64,000 nucleotides of DNA from Dehalococcoidia bacterium (lineage in GTDB: Bacteria > Chloroflexota > Dehalococcoidia > Lucifugimonadales > Australimonadaceae), in NCBI GenBank assembly GCA_965220225.1, contig OZ244813.1:1955385-2019384 (forward strand), read 5' to 3'. The notes below the pieces were generated by a model. The model was not told the origin of the DNA, did no database searches, and saw nothing but the letters and a program-made list of their open reading frames with translations. The position numbers were made by a program, and so were the translations under genes. Positions 18,510-27,058 of this stretch are shown piece after piece (the stretch's first letter is position 1; each line of letters begins with the position of its first letter).

Positions 18510-19040
18510 TCAGGACTTGGAGGGGAGGATGCCCCGGTCCTTGAAGCTGACGAAGCAGTGGTCGCCGATGACGATGTGGTCGAGGAGCGCAAGGTCGAGC
18601 GTCCGCGCCGCCTGCTCCAGGTGCTTGGTGACAGCGATGTCCGCCGCGCTCGGGTCGGGGTCGCCGGAGGGATGGTTGTGGGCCATGATGAAGCTGGGGA
18701 CAGCGGCGACGACGGCAGGGCGCAGCACCTCGGCGGCCCTGACCATGACGGAACTGATGTTGCCCTGGTAGATGACGCGCTGGCCGACCAGGTGGTTCGC
18801 CGAGTCGAGCAGGAGAACGCGGATCTGCTCCTGGGCAAGCGCGCTCATCTCCTCCCCGAGCAGCCTATGCACGTCGTAGGACGTGGAGAGGACGGGGGGA
18901 GACTCCGGCCGCTCGGGCTGTGTCTCGATGCCGTAGCGCATGGCGATCTCACTGAGGACGAGCGTGTTGGAGCGCAGGGCGTCCAGCAGCGCCTTGGCTG
19001 CCTTGCCTGTAGGAATGATGGCGGGGTTGGCGGTGGTCAT
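18510..19040 (-). CDS. radC: RadC-like JAB-domain protein
   Basis: HNHPSGDPDPSAADIAVT JAMM motif. Size and N-terminal HhH-like region are typical of RadC. Confidence 0.85.
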   Translation of the reverse strand: MTTANPAIIPTGKAAKALLDALRSNTLVLSEIAMRYGIETQPERPESPPVLSTSYDVHRLLGEEMSALAQEQIRVLLLDSANHLVGQRVIYQGNISSVMVRAAEVLRPAVVAAVPSFIMAHNHPSGDPDPSAADIAVTKHLEQAARTLDLALLDHIVIGDHCFVSFKDRGILPSKS

Positions 19041-19080
19041 GGAGGGACTCCTTCAAGTGGGGTGAGTGGAGAGACGAAAG

Positions 19081-19112
19081 CGGGGCCGCCCCCGGCGATG
19101 GGGGCGGCCCCG
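19081..19112 (-). terminator. GC-rich hairpin (13-bp perfect stem, 6-nt loop) downstream of ssb
   Basis: CGGGGCCGCCCCC-GGCGAT-GGGGGCGGCCCCG. On the minus strand it is followed by CTTTCGTCTC, a weak U-tract. Confidence 0.45.
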
Positions 19113-19135
19113 TGGTGCGTTTCGTGGGGCTGGGA

Positions 19136-19549
19136 CTAGAAGGGGTCGACGCCCGCGGCGACGGCATGCCGCGCTGCGGCTTCCTCTTCATCGACGTGGC
19201 CGTTCTCATCCCCTGTGCGCTCGCCGTTGCGGGAGTCGAGGAAGACGACCTCCGAGGCCTGCACCTCGGTGCGGTAGCGCCGCTGTCCGTCCTCGGTCTC
19301 GTAGCTGCTGTGGGCCAGCGAGCCGCTCAGGTAGATGCGGTCGCCCTTGGCGACGTAGGTGTTGACCGCCTCGGCCTGCTTCGAGAAGCAGACGACCGAG
19401 TGCCAGTCGGTCTCCGTCTCGCCGTTCTGGCGGCGGCGGTCCGTCGCCACGCGGAACTTGGTGACGGCGGTGCCGCTGGGGGCGTACCGCATCTCCGGGT
19501 CCGTGCCGACGCGTCCGAGCAGTTCGATCCTGTTGATGGTCCTTGCCAT
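19136..19549 (-). CDS. ssb: Single-stranded DNA-binding protein
   Basis: OB-fold N-terminus MARTINRIELLGRVGTDPEMRY...DWHSVVCF and an acidic C-terminal tail ending DPF. Confidence 0.9.
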   Translation of the reverse strand: MARTINRIELLGRVGTDPEMRYAPSGTAVTKFRVATDRRRQNGETETDWHSVVCFSKQAEAVNTYVAKGDRIYLSGSLAHSSYETEDGQRRYRTEVQASEVVFLDSRNGERTGDENGHVDEEEAAARHAVAAGVDPF

Positions 19550-19686
19550 GGTGTGCCTCCTTGCACATGAAGCGTGGCGCGGCTGGGCCGCGCCCGGTTT
19601 GGTGAACAGCGGGGCCCGTCCCGCGATGGGACGGCCTCGTGCGCGCTCCTTGGGGGAGCGGCGGAGTCATGCGGAGCGGTGCTCCG

Positions 19687-19920
19687 TCAGTCCCTGCACG
19701 TGCAGTGTGGGCAGGCGGTCTGCAGCCGCCGGAAGAGCGCGTGCGCCCGCTCGACGGCGCGGCGTCCGTCCGCGCTCTCCTCCGGTGCGGGGAAGAGCCG
19801 CGCGATCTCCTCGATCTCCTCCTGGAGCTCCGGCTCGCCGGCCTCCTCCATGAGGAACCACAGGTCGGCGAGCCCTTCCTCCACCCGATCCATGAGCATC
19901 TGGTTGGTTGCCGTTGTCAT
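19687..19920 (-). CDS. Hypothetical small acidic protein
   Basis: 77-aa ORF between the Rad52-like gene and ssb on the same strand. Confidence 0.5.
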   Translation of the reverse strand: MTTATNQMLMDRVEEGLADLWFLMEEAGEPELQEEIEEIARLFPAPEESADGRRAVERAHALFRRLQTACPHCTCRD

Positions 19921-19962
19921 CGGTCTTCTCCTTCCGTGGGAGTGACAGGCAGCGCCCGCCGT

Positions 19963-20754
19963 TCAGGCGGCCGCCGGCAGGTCGGTCTCGTCCGCGGACG
20001 GGACTTCCTCGGGCTGGCTGACGGCGGGTTGTGCTTCTTTCGCCTGCTGAACCTTCCTCGCCGCGCCCTCGACGAGCCTCGTGAGCTCGGCGACGGGCAG
20101 GGAGTCCAAGTCCTTGCCCGTCTTGCTCCGCACGGCGGCGCGCATCTGCGCCTGGTCGTAGCCCTGGGCCACGCCGAGGTCGACGAGCGTCCGGCGCAGC
20201 GACGGCGCAAGCGCCTCCGCCTCTCCGTCGCCGTACAGGGAGTTGCCGAACCGCCCGCCGAAGCTCCGCAGCGCGCGCTTCAGCGCGTCGGTAACGGCGC
20301 CCTTGTACGCGGTCTCATGCCCCTCGGCCGTGTCGTCGGCCACCGTGTGGAAGCCGACGTCGGTGCGCGGCGACGCACCGGGCACGGTCACGCGCACCGC
20401 CGCCGCGTACGAGCAGGAGCGGTGCACCTGCCCGGTGTCAGAGTCCACGCGCTCGGTCACCCACTGCGTGACCTCGCCGACCATCTCGTACCCCCAGCCG
20501 CCGTATCCGAAGATCTGGTTGGCCTCATCGATGGCCGTGTGGCCCTCGATGTACGGGTACGTGCCGCCCTTCCGCCCCTTGCGGAAGGAGACCAGCCCCG
20601 GGTCGAGGGGCTTCTCCAGCTCCCCCATGACCTTCGGTGGGAGGCTGTCCCAGAGCAGGTCGTGGGGGCTGGCCGGGACCTCGTCCCGGTGGACGCCGTT
20701 GTTCGATCCGTCGTGTGTCGTTCCGTTCTGTGTCATCACTGCCTCCTGGGGCAT
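19963..20754 (-). CDS. Rad52/Rad22-type single-strand annealing protein
   Basis: VSFRKGRKGGTYPYIEGHTAIDEANQIFGYGGWGYE resembles the Rad52 N-terminal annealing core, as recalled from memory. Confidence 0.7.
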   Translation of the reverse strand: MPQEAVMTQNGTTHDGSNNGVHRDEVPASPHDLLWDSLPPKVMGELEKPLDPGLVSFRKGRKGGTYPYIEGHTAIDEANQIFGYGGWGYEMVGEVTQWVTERVDSDTGQVHRSCSYAAAVRVTVPGASPRTDVGFHTVADDTAEGHETAYKGAVTDALKRALRSFGGRFGNSLYGDGEAEALAPSLRRTLVDLGVAQGYDQAQMRAAVRSKTGKDLDSLPVAELTRLVEGAARKVQQAKEAQPAVSQPEEVPSADETDLPAAA

Positions 20755-20876
20755 CGTGTGTTTGGTGTCTTGTCGACGGGACGCGGGCTCCCCGTGGGGA
20801 GACCCGTGGGCGGGGTGAGCCGTCGCGCGTCGGGCATACGGCCTCCTTCGGTGTGGGATGCGGGGATGAGGAGCAC

Positions 20877-20924
20877 GCGGAGCGGAACCACCATCGCCTC
20901 TCAGTGCAGGTGGTTCCGCTCCGC
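20877..20924. repeat. Perfect 16-bp inverted repeat (GCGGAGCGGAACCACC / GGTGGTTCCGCTCCGC) with a 16-nt loop; G9 run at 20937-20945
   Basis: Read directly. Lies in the 190-bp gap between the primase stop and the Rad52-like start. Confidence 0.9.
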
Positions 20925-20945
20925 GTGTACGGGGATGGGGGGGGG

Positions 20946-21992
20946 CTACGCGACGGCCCGCGCTGCCTGCGTGAGCAGGCGCCGGAATGCCGCGTAGCCG
21001 TGGGGGCGCGTGGCGAGATCCGCTACGTCGGCGGTCCCGCGCGGCAGGGCGATGACCGCCGCCCTGCGCCCCAGCAGCTCGGTGAAACGCTCGGCCGCCG
21101 AGCGGCCTGCGTCGTCAGCGTCGAACGCGAGGAAGACGCGGGAGCAGCCCGGCAAGGCTGCAGCGATCCGCTCGGCACCCTGCGTGCCGAGCGCGGCGCA
21201 GGCCGGCACGCCCCAGTGGGCGAGCGTCAGCCAGTCGAACAGGCCCTCGGCCAGCACCACCCACGGTGGCGCAGGCCCGAGCCGCCCGGCGCCGAGCACC
21301 GGCTTGGGGCCGGGCAGCGCCTGGAACCGGGGCGAACGCTCCGGCTCCACAGCGCGTCCGGCGAGCCACCGGGCGCGCCCGCCGGCCGTGAGGTCGGGGA
21401 CGACGACCATGCCCGCGAACCGTTCGCCGTGCTCGACGAACAGCCCCGACCGCCTGAGGCGCTCAGGTGAGAACCCCGCCTCAGCGAGGTGGGCGCGCAG
21501 CCCGCCGCCCGGCGCGTAGCCGAGGCCGAGGCGGGCCGCCGTTCCGGGCAGGATGCCCCGCGAGCGCAGGTACGCCTGCGCTTCTGGGCTCTGCCGCAGC
21601 CGGCCGGCGTAGAACCGGGTGGCTGCGGTCAGCAGGGGAGGGTCAGGCGGTAGGAGGACGGCCGTGCGCCGGGGCGGGGTGACCGGCCCCGGACGCACGA
21701 CGGCGGCGCTGGTGTCGCTGCCAGCGCCGCCGTTCAGACGCCTGATCGCCTCAGGGAGGCTGAGGCCCTCCAGACGCCGCACGTAATCTAGCACGTCGCC
21801 GCCCTCGCCGCAGCCGAAGCAGAACCACCGCTCCGAGTCGGCGTACACCGTGAAACTGCCCTCCGATTCTTCGTGGAACGGGCAGACCCCCTGGCGGACG
21901 CGGCCGTGCCCACTCAGCTGCACACCGGATGCCTCAACGACGTCGCCCAAGGGGTGACGCCGCTTCAGCGCCGGCAGGTCGACCGTCGTCAT
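20946..21992 (-). CDS. DNA primase, CHC2 zinc finger plus Toprim domain
   Basis: CPFHEESEGSFTVYADSERWFCFGCGEGGD (CHC2). Toprim-like VLAEGLFD...FLAFDADDAG. Start at MTTVDLPALK (ATG 21992). Confidence 0.85.
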   Translation of the reverse strand: MTTVDLPALKRRHPLGDVVEASGVQLSGHGRVRQGVCPFHEESEGSFTVYADSERWFCFGCGEGGDVLDYVRRLEGLSLPEAIRRLNGGAGSDTSAAVVRPGPVTPPRRTAVLLPPDPPLLTAATRFYAGRLRQSPEAQAYLRSRGILPGTAARLGLGYAPGGGLRAHLAEAGFSPERLRRSGLFVEHGERFAGMVVVPDLTAGGRARWLAGRAVEPERSPRFQALPGPKPVLGAGRLGPAPPWVVLAEGLFDWLTLAHWGVPACAALGTQGAERIAAALPGCSRVFLAFDADDAGRSAAERFTELLGRRAAVIALPRGTADVADLATRPHGYAAFRRLLTQAARAVA

Positions 21993-22456
21993 GACGCCCC
22001 TCCAGCCAGCGGGCGGAGCCCGCGCAGGCTCCGCCGCGAGACCCGCTGCCCCGACTGCCAGCGCATGCCGAGCACGGCCAGAACCTCGAGCATGCCGTCC
22101 TCGCCGTCCGTGGGGGCGAGGACGGCGGCCCGTCCCGTGCCCGGGCTGTAGACGGCTGCGCCGCGTTCCGCGAAGCGCCGCCGCGCGAGGGAGATCCATT
22201 CGCCGTATGCCCACCGCGCCTCGGCCTCCGAGGCGTCTGCCGGATCGAGGTCCGCGAACGCGGCCATCGCCCCGTCGAGGTCGCCCGCCTGACGCTGCCG
22301 CCGCGCGTCGTGCACGGCCCGCGCCACGCTCCGGTCACGCTTCCCGCCGATGCTGGCAAGCAGCGCGTCGATCACCCGGCCCGCCAGCTCCTCCAGCCTC
22401 CGCTCCGGCCGTTCCGTCACCATCCGGTCGTTGAACCTCACCGTTGCCGTCGTCAT
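21989..22456 (-). CDS. Hypothetical protein
   Basis: Start MTTATVRFND (ATG 22456). 4-nt overlap with the primase start. Confidence 0.55.
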   Translation of the reverse strand: MTTATVRFNDRMVTERPERRLEELAGRVIDALLASIGGKRDRSVARAVHDARRQRQAGDLDGAMAAFADLDPADASEAEARWAYGEWISLARRRFAERGAAVYSPGTGRAAVLAPTDGEDGMLEVLAVLGMRWQSGQRVSRRSLRGLRPLAGGAS

Positions 22457-22692
22457 CGGGTCCTCCTTCTCGTTGTGGTCTTGTTCCTGTTGCCGGGTCC
22501 AGCGAGCCGCAGGAGCAGCAGCGCCGCCCATGCGAGGCCCGCCACGTTCAGCAGCACGACTTCGCCGCTGCCGGTCAGCGGCAGCGGCCCCATCACCACC
22601 AGCAGGACTACCGCCGCGATCGCGAACGGCCTCCTGCGCCGGCTCATGAATCCCACGGCCACCCTGATCAGAGTCCAGACGCTCATGCGCAC
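22453..22692 (-). CDS. Small membrane protein (two predicted TM helices)
   Basis: 79 aa with two hydrophobic stretches flanked by Arg-rich segments. Confidence 0.5.
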   Translation of the reverse strand: MRMSVWTLIRVAVGFMSRRRRPFAIAAVVLLVVMGPLPLTGSGEVVLLNVAGLAWAALLLLRLAGPGNRNKTTTRRRTR

Positions 22693-22767
22693 CTCCTTGG
22701 CGTTAAGCGCGAGAAGGGGCTGCGGGTCGTCCCGCAGCCCCTTCTCTTCGCTGATGTTGTTCGCTGC

Positions 22768-22956
22768 CTAGCAGCCGTCCTCGTTCTCGCTCCTGTGACA
22801 GTCGCGGCAGACCGAGAACCCGCGCGGGTACCGCACGGCCTCGTCGTCCGGCACCCCGCAGTACGCGCATTCCGGTGTGTACCGCACCGGTGCTTCCGCT
22901 CTCCTGCGTCGCCCGATGAGTCCCGTGACCTGTCGAATCAGTCCTCCGACGTGCAT
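22768..22956 (-). CDS. Small Cys-rich (zinc-binding?) protein
   Basis: Internal ATG at 22956: MHVGGLIRQV...CAYCG...CRDCH. 62 aa. Confidence 0.45.
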   Translation of the reverse strand: MHVGGLIRQVTGLIGRRRRAEAPVRYTPECAYCGVPDDEAVRYPRGFSVCRDCHRSENEDGC

Positions 22957-23558
22957 CGCGCACCTCCTCGTGGTGTCGCCCTCCGCCGGCATCCGTGGCG
23001 TCGGGCATGCTCGAATCGATGGTTGGCAAACGGACAGACTTCGCCCCCGGTGTGGATGCCTGACGCGGGAGACGGAGCGTTGGAGAAGTGCCCGGCCCAC
23101 GCGGTTCGAACGAGAGAGCGGCCGTGGCGGGAGACGTGCGGAACCTTCACCCTGCCGTGGGAGACGACGGCCGCACGGGCATGACGAGGCCAGCCTGGGG
23201 CGCATCCGCCGCAGACCGGCTCGAGACGTGGTCAGAGCGTTCGATGCACTCCAACCGCCAGATCCTGACCGGGGACGAAGGAATCATCGACTCCGCCATC
23301 CGGTCCGCGCTGCCTGCGAGGGAGTTCACACCCCGCGGCGGCAGCAGTTCCCTCGTGGGCGACCATCGGGAGACTCAGTCGATCCTTCTGGTCATGCCCG
23401 GGCTCAGGGATCACGCCCCCGGGTTTCTATGGTCGGAAACCCTGGTGAAAAGCCGAACATCGCGCCCATTGTGACGGAGACGGAACGTCAAGAAAGCTAC
23501 TTAAAGGACCCATCGGGCAAAGTGTTCACAACTTCTGCACACAGACCCGGGGGCGCGC

Positions 23559-24404
23559 TCACTCCCACCAGACCCCCAGCGTGCAGATGCGCCTGAGCAA
23601 CCGCACCCGCTCCCCCCTTGCCCGCGCCCGCCGGGCGTCGTGGAGCGCGGCCCTGCGCCAGTTGGTCTGACCGAGGCGGTCGAGGCCCCGCAGCGGGTAC
23701 GTCTCCGGCGGCAGCGTCATCCCGTGCTCTTCGAGCAGGGCCAGCTCCACCGTCAGCAAACGCTCGCGCTCCACCAGCCACGACAGTCCCTTGCCGGCCT
23801 GCGGGTGCGTGTCCTGCAGCTCCCGCCACTCGGCGATGAGCGGCCATGCGTCGCCGAACACGTCCGCGTCGTCCTCGGCCGGCTCGCGGGTCACGAGATC
23901 GGGGAACTCGCGCCTGAGCGTTCGCGTCCCCGCCCCGGGTGTGCCCCCCTGCGCCGCCGCAGCGCCCTGGGCTGACCCGTCGGTCCGCGCCCGCGCCACC
24001 TCCGCCTCCAGCCGCCTGAGCGCCCGGGCGGTCTCCTCCCGCAGCGCACTGACCACACACTGGACTGCCCGGACGGCCGCCTGCATCTCTTCCCCATGCG
24101 CCTCGACCACGCCCTCCAGGGATTCCAGACGCTGCTCCAGGCTGTCGTTGCGCTCCCGCTCCCGGTCGGCGGCCGAGCCGATGCCCTCCTGCAGCGCCTG
24201 CTCCAGCGCGCTCCTCACCCGCCGCGACAGCAGGCCCTCGTCGAGGCTGGCACTCAGTGTTCGGTGGTCGAGGCCCAGCACGTCCGCGGCGCCCTTGCGC
24301 CCGTGCTTCCGCTCCAACTCCTGCAACAGCGCCATGAGCCGGGTGAGCTGCAGCTTCTCCACGTTTTCGCTCTTCGCGTCGAACGCCGGCTTCCTCGGTT
24401 CCAT
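23559..24404 (-). CDS. Coiled-coil protein with N-terminal HTH-like segment
   Basis: 281 aa. GAADVLGLDHRTLSASL is HTH-like and is followed by long heptad-like Glu/Arg/Leu-rich stretches. It is the first gene of the minus-strand arm. Confidence 0.6.
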   Translation of the reverse strand: MEPRKPAFDAKSENVEKLQLTRLMALLQELERKHGRKGAADVLGLDHRTLSASLDEGLLSRRVRSALEQALQEGIGSAADRERERNDSLEQRLESLEGVVEAHGEEMQAAVRAVQCVVSALREETARALRRLEAEVARARTDGSAQGAAAAQGGTPGAGTRTLRREFPDLVTREPAEDDADVFGDAWPLIAEWRELQDTHPQAGKGLSWLVERERLLTVELALLEEHGMTLPPETYPLRGLDRLGQTNWRRAALHDARRARARGERVRLLRRICTLGVWWE

Positions 24405-24617
24405 CCCGCATGCCTCCTTTCAGGGTTCCCGTCCCGGTGGGTCCGGCCTCAGCCGTGCACCGGCCATGCCCGCCCAGGGGCAGCGTCTTGTGCACCCCTG
24501 CGGAGTCCTTGGCCGGTTTCACCGCATTCCAGGGCTCCTCCGTTGTCGACCCCTTGCTCCGTTCTTGCACCGGCAGCCGGAACGTGCCCTTGCGACGAAG
24601 TGTTCACTGGCGACCGT

Positions 24618-24818
24618 CCTGTAGGGGGCGCTCTGCCCGCGATTCACCTCTGCGGTCACCCTGCTTCCCCGCCCTCGACAGACGTCCTTCTCCTGTACAC
24701 CCCAAGGACAGCACTCGGAGAGCCGTTTCGGGAAGCGCCTGCAGGGCGCTCTCCTGTAGGGCCTCTTCCCACAGGGCTGCTTCCCATAGAGCCCCGCAGG
24801 GTTGGGATTTCCTATAGG
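24618..24818. promoter_or_regulatory. Divergent control region with repeated CCTGYAGGG(G)GCGCTCT units and an imperfect palindrome
   Basis: CCTGTAGGGGGCGCTCT at 24618, CCTGCAGGGCGCTCT at 24738, CCTGTAGG at 24753, CCTATAGG at 24811. Inverted repeat GGAAGCGCC-TGCAG-GGCGCTCTCC at 24731-24756. Confidence 0.35.
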
Positions 24819-24886
24819 CAGTTATGCGGAGACCCCTGGTTGTCCACACTCTCCTGTGGCCTCGCGATAGTGAATCGCCCCAAGCC

Positions 24887-25504
24887 ATGGGAGGTACCGT
24901 GCGACTGCAATCTTCCATCAGGGTCACGACCGGTAGGGCAGGACGGCTGCTGCCGCTGGCGATGGCGCTGCTGCTTGCGGCGCTGACCGCCGCAACCGCG
25001 AGCAACGCGGCCCTCGCCCAGGACGATGGGCTCAGCCTCGTCAACCACGACCGCGACTTCGTCGAGCGCAAGAAGGATGGGCGCTTCATAGCAAGGCCGG
25101 TCTTCGACAGGCAGGTCGTCGTCATCCACTACGGCATCCGCCACCCCGAAACCGGCGATTGGATCAGTCCCATGTACCGCGTGCAGTCAGACGGCAAGCG
25201 GCTGGACGACGGCTGGGAGTACTCGTGGGGATACCCCGTGGTGCGCGAGCAGCCGGAACTGGAACCAGACCGGGCGTTCCTGCTCGTGATGGCCGTCTCT
25301 GACGGCGGGGATACGCGGATGTTCCACGCCGTCATCCCCATCTACCGCTCATCCAGCCTGTGGGACCGCGTGCTCGACGCGCTGGACCCCGGCAGGTGGG
25401 GCCGCGCGTTCGCGCGATGGGTGGTCGAGGGCATCTACCGCGCGCTGTGCGGCGTCATCGAGCGGGCATCCGGCGCGGATGCCTGCACCGGGGCGAGCTT
25501 CTGA
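24887..25504 (+). CDS. Secreted hypothetical protein, first gene of the T4SS operon
   Basis: Start MGGTVRLQSS... with signal peptide LLPLAMALLLAALTAATASNAALAQ. Confidence 0.6.
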   Translation: MGGTVRLQSSIRVTTGRAGRLLPLAMALLLAALTAATASNAALAQDDGLSLVNHDRDFVERKKDGRFIARPVFDRQVVVIHYGIRHPETGDWISPMYRVQSDGKRLDDGWEYSWGYPVVREQPELEPDRAFLLVMAVSDGGDTRMFHAVIPIYRSSSLWDRVLDALDPGRWGRAFARWVVEGIYRALCGVIERASGADACTGASF

Positions 25505-26583
25505 TGAACGACCTCCTCACCGGCACCCCCGCTGAACTCACCTACGCACACGACATCGTCGTCCAGGCGTGGACGGCGGTTTGGGCCGTCGCTTCCGGTG
25601 CGCTCGTGGTCATAATCGGCTGGATCGGCCTGAACCTGATCGTGGGCGAGCACCTCGGCAGGCCGCAGGCGGGCTGGCGCGAGCTGGTACCCCGGCTCGT
25701 GCTCGGACTCGTCGCAGCCGCCTCGTCCCTCTGGTGGTGCGCTCTCGTGATCGACACCGCGGACGCGATCTCGGGCTTCATCGCATCGGCGCTCGGCTTC
25801 ACCGCATCTGACCTCCTCAGGGCATCGGCCGACACGCTGCTCGCGGCGCTCGAAGCGGGGAGCGTGGGTCTCGCCCTGCTGGTCGCCATGCTCTACCTCG
25901 TCTACGCCTTCTTCGTTCTCTACGTCGTCGTCCAGATGGTGCTTCGCATAGCGCTGATCGACCTGCTGCTGGCGCTCGCCCCCATCGCCCTGGGGCTCTG
26001 GATACTGCCCCACACGGCAGGGTGGGGGAGGCAGTGGCTGCGCCTGTTCATGACGGCGGTCTTCCAGCAGGCGATCCAGATCGTCGCGCTGTCGATGGGC
26101 TTCACCATGCTCAACGAGTTCGCGGGCATCGGCGCGTTCGAGCCCGCCCAGGACCTCATCTGGAAGCTCATCCTGTCCGCGGCGTTCATCTACCTCGCCA
26201 CGCGGGTGCCCTCCCTGCTCGGCAACTCGGGCACGTTCGACGCCTGGCTCCACACCCTCTACTTCGGCCTCTCGCTTCCCGGCACCGCGATGCGGGCGGC
26301 CCGCTCGGTGGGTCCGATGCTCGCGGGCGCGGTAGGAGGGCCGGGAGGCATGGCCGCTGGAGCGGCAGCCGTTGGGGGTATGGCGGGAGTCGCGAGCGGC
26401 ATCGGCAGCGCCGCGGCGGGAGCGGGAACATCCTCGGCCGCGGGAGCGGGGGCCGCGAGTGCGGCATCGGCTGCGGGCGCGGGGGCGGCGGGGGCAGGGG
26501 CGGGTGCTTCACGCTCCGCCGCCGATGCCGCGACCCCGTCCGGCCCGGGAGCGGGCGGGACTCCCAGGAGCAACGACGAGTAG
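25504..26583 (+). CDS. TrbL/VirB6-like polytopic membrane protein with Gly/Ala-rich tail
   Basis: ATG at 25504 overlaps the upstream TGA (TGATG). About 6 TM helices, then a C-terminal AGAGA low-complexity tail. Confidence 0.6.
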   Translation: MNDLLTGTPAELTYAHDIVVQAWTAVWAVASGALVVIIGWIGLNLIVGEHLGRPQAGWRELVPRLVLGLVAAASSLWWCALVIDTADAISGFIASALGFTASDLLRASADTLLAALEAGSVGLALLVAMLYLVYAFFVLYVVVQMVLRIALIDLLLALAPIALGLWILPHTAGWGRQWLRLFMTAVFQQAIQIVALSMGFTMLNEFAGIGAFEPAQDLIWKLILSAAFIYLATRVPSLLGNSGTFDAWLHTLYFGLSLPGTAMRAARSVGPMLAGAVGGPGGMAAGAAAVGGMAGVASGIGSAAAGAGTSSAAGAGAASAASAAGAGAAGAGAGASRSAADAATPSGPGAGGTPRSNDE

Positions 26584-26742
26584 TCCCTAGACACCCTCCG
26601 GTGCAGACCGTCATCTGCGCCGACCCGACATGCCCGGAAGGAGGCTGACCGATGTGCCAGTAGGACGGCCCGGAAGCGGAGCGAACCGGATCAACCTGAC
26701 CGGGCGAAGGAACGCCCGGCACACGAGAGGAGAGCGAACGGA

Positions 26743-27033
26743 ATGGAACAACTCACGCAAACGATCTCGAACCTGGTGGGGATCCTGCTGGGGCTGGTGG
26801 GCGCGGTCGGCGTCGGATTCTTCGTCTACGGCGCCTATCTCTACCTCACCGCCAGCGGCGCGCCTCATCAGATGGAGAAGGGGAAGACGGCCATGATGAC
26901 CGCCGTCGCGGGCATCGTGCTCGCCATGGTCGCCTACGGCGTCGTCGACCTCGTCATGAACGCAGTCGTCAACCCCGCCGTCACACCCACCGTTCCCGAT
27001 CCTGCAACTCCAACGCCCATTCCCGGCGGATAA
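26743..27033 (+). CDS. TrbC/VirB2-like pilin
   Basis: 96 aa with two hydrophobic helices separated by TASGAPHQMEKGKT, then a TP-rich tail. Size and position are typical. Confidence 0.65.
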   Translation: MEQLTQTISNLVGILLGLVGAVGVGFFVYGAYLYLTASGAPHQMEKGKTAMMTAVAGIVLAMVAYGVVDLVMNAVVNPAVTPTVPDPATPTPIPGG

Positions 27034-27058
27034 GCCGGAGCAACACAGGAGGATCGAC

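Noticed and set aside
20937-20945. G9/C9 homopolymer as a phase-variation switch for the primase
   Set aside because: The tract lies just outside the coding sequence, immediately after the stop codon, so length changes would not alter the reading frame.
23497-24570. 357-aa Gly/Arg/Ala-rich ORF overlapping 23559-24404 on the same strand
   Set aside because: The composition is typical of an out-of-frame artefact. The 281-aa frame has coiled-coil heptads and an HTH-like segment.
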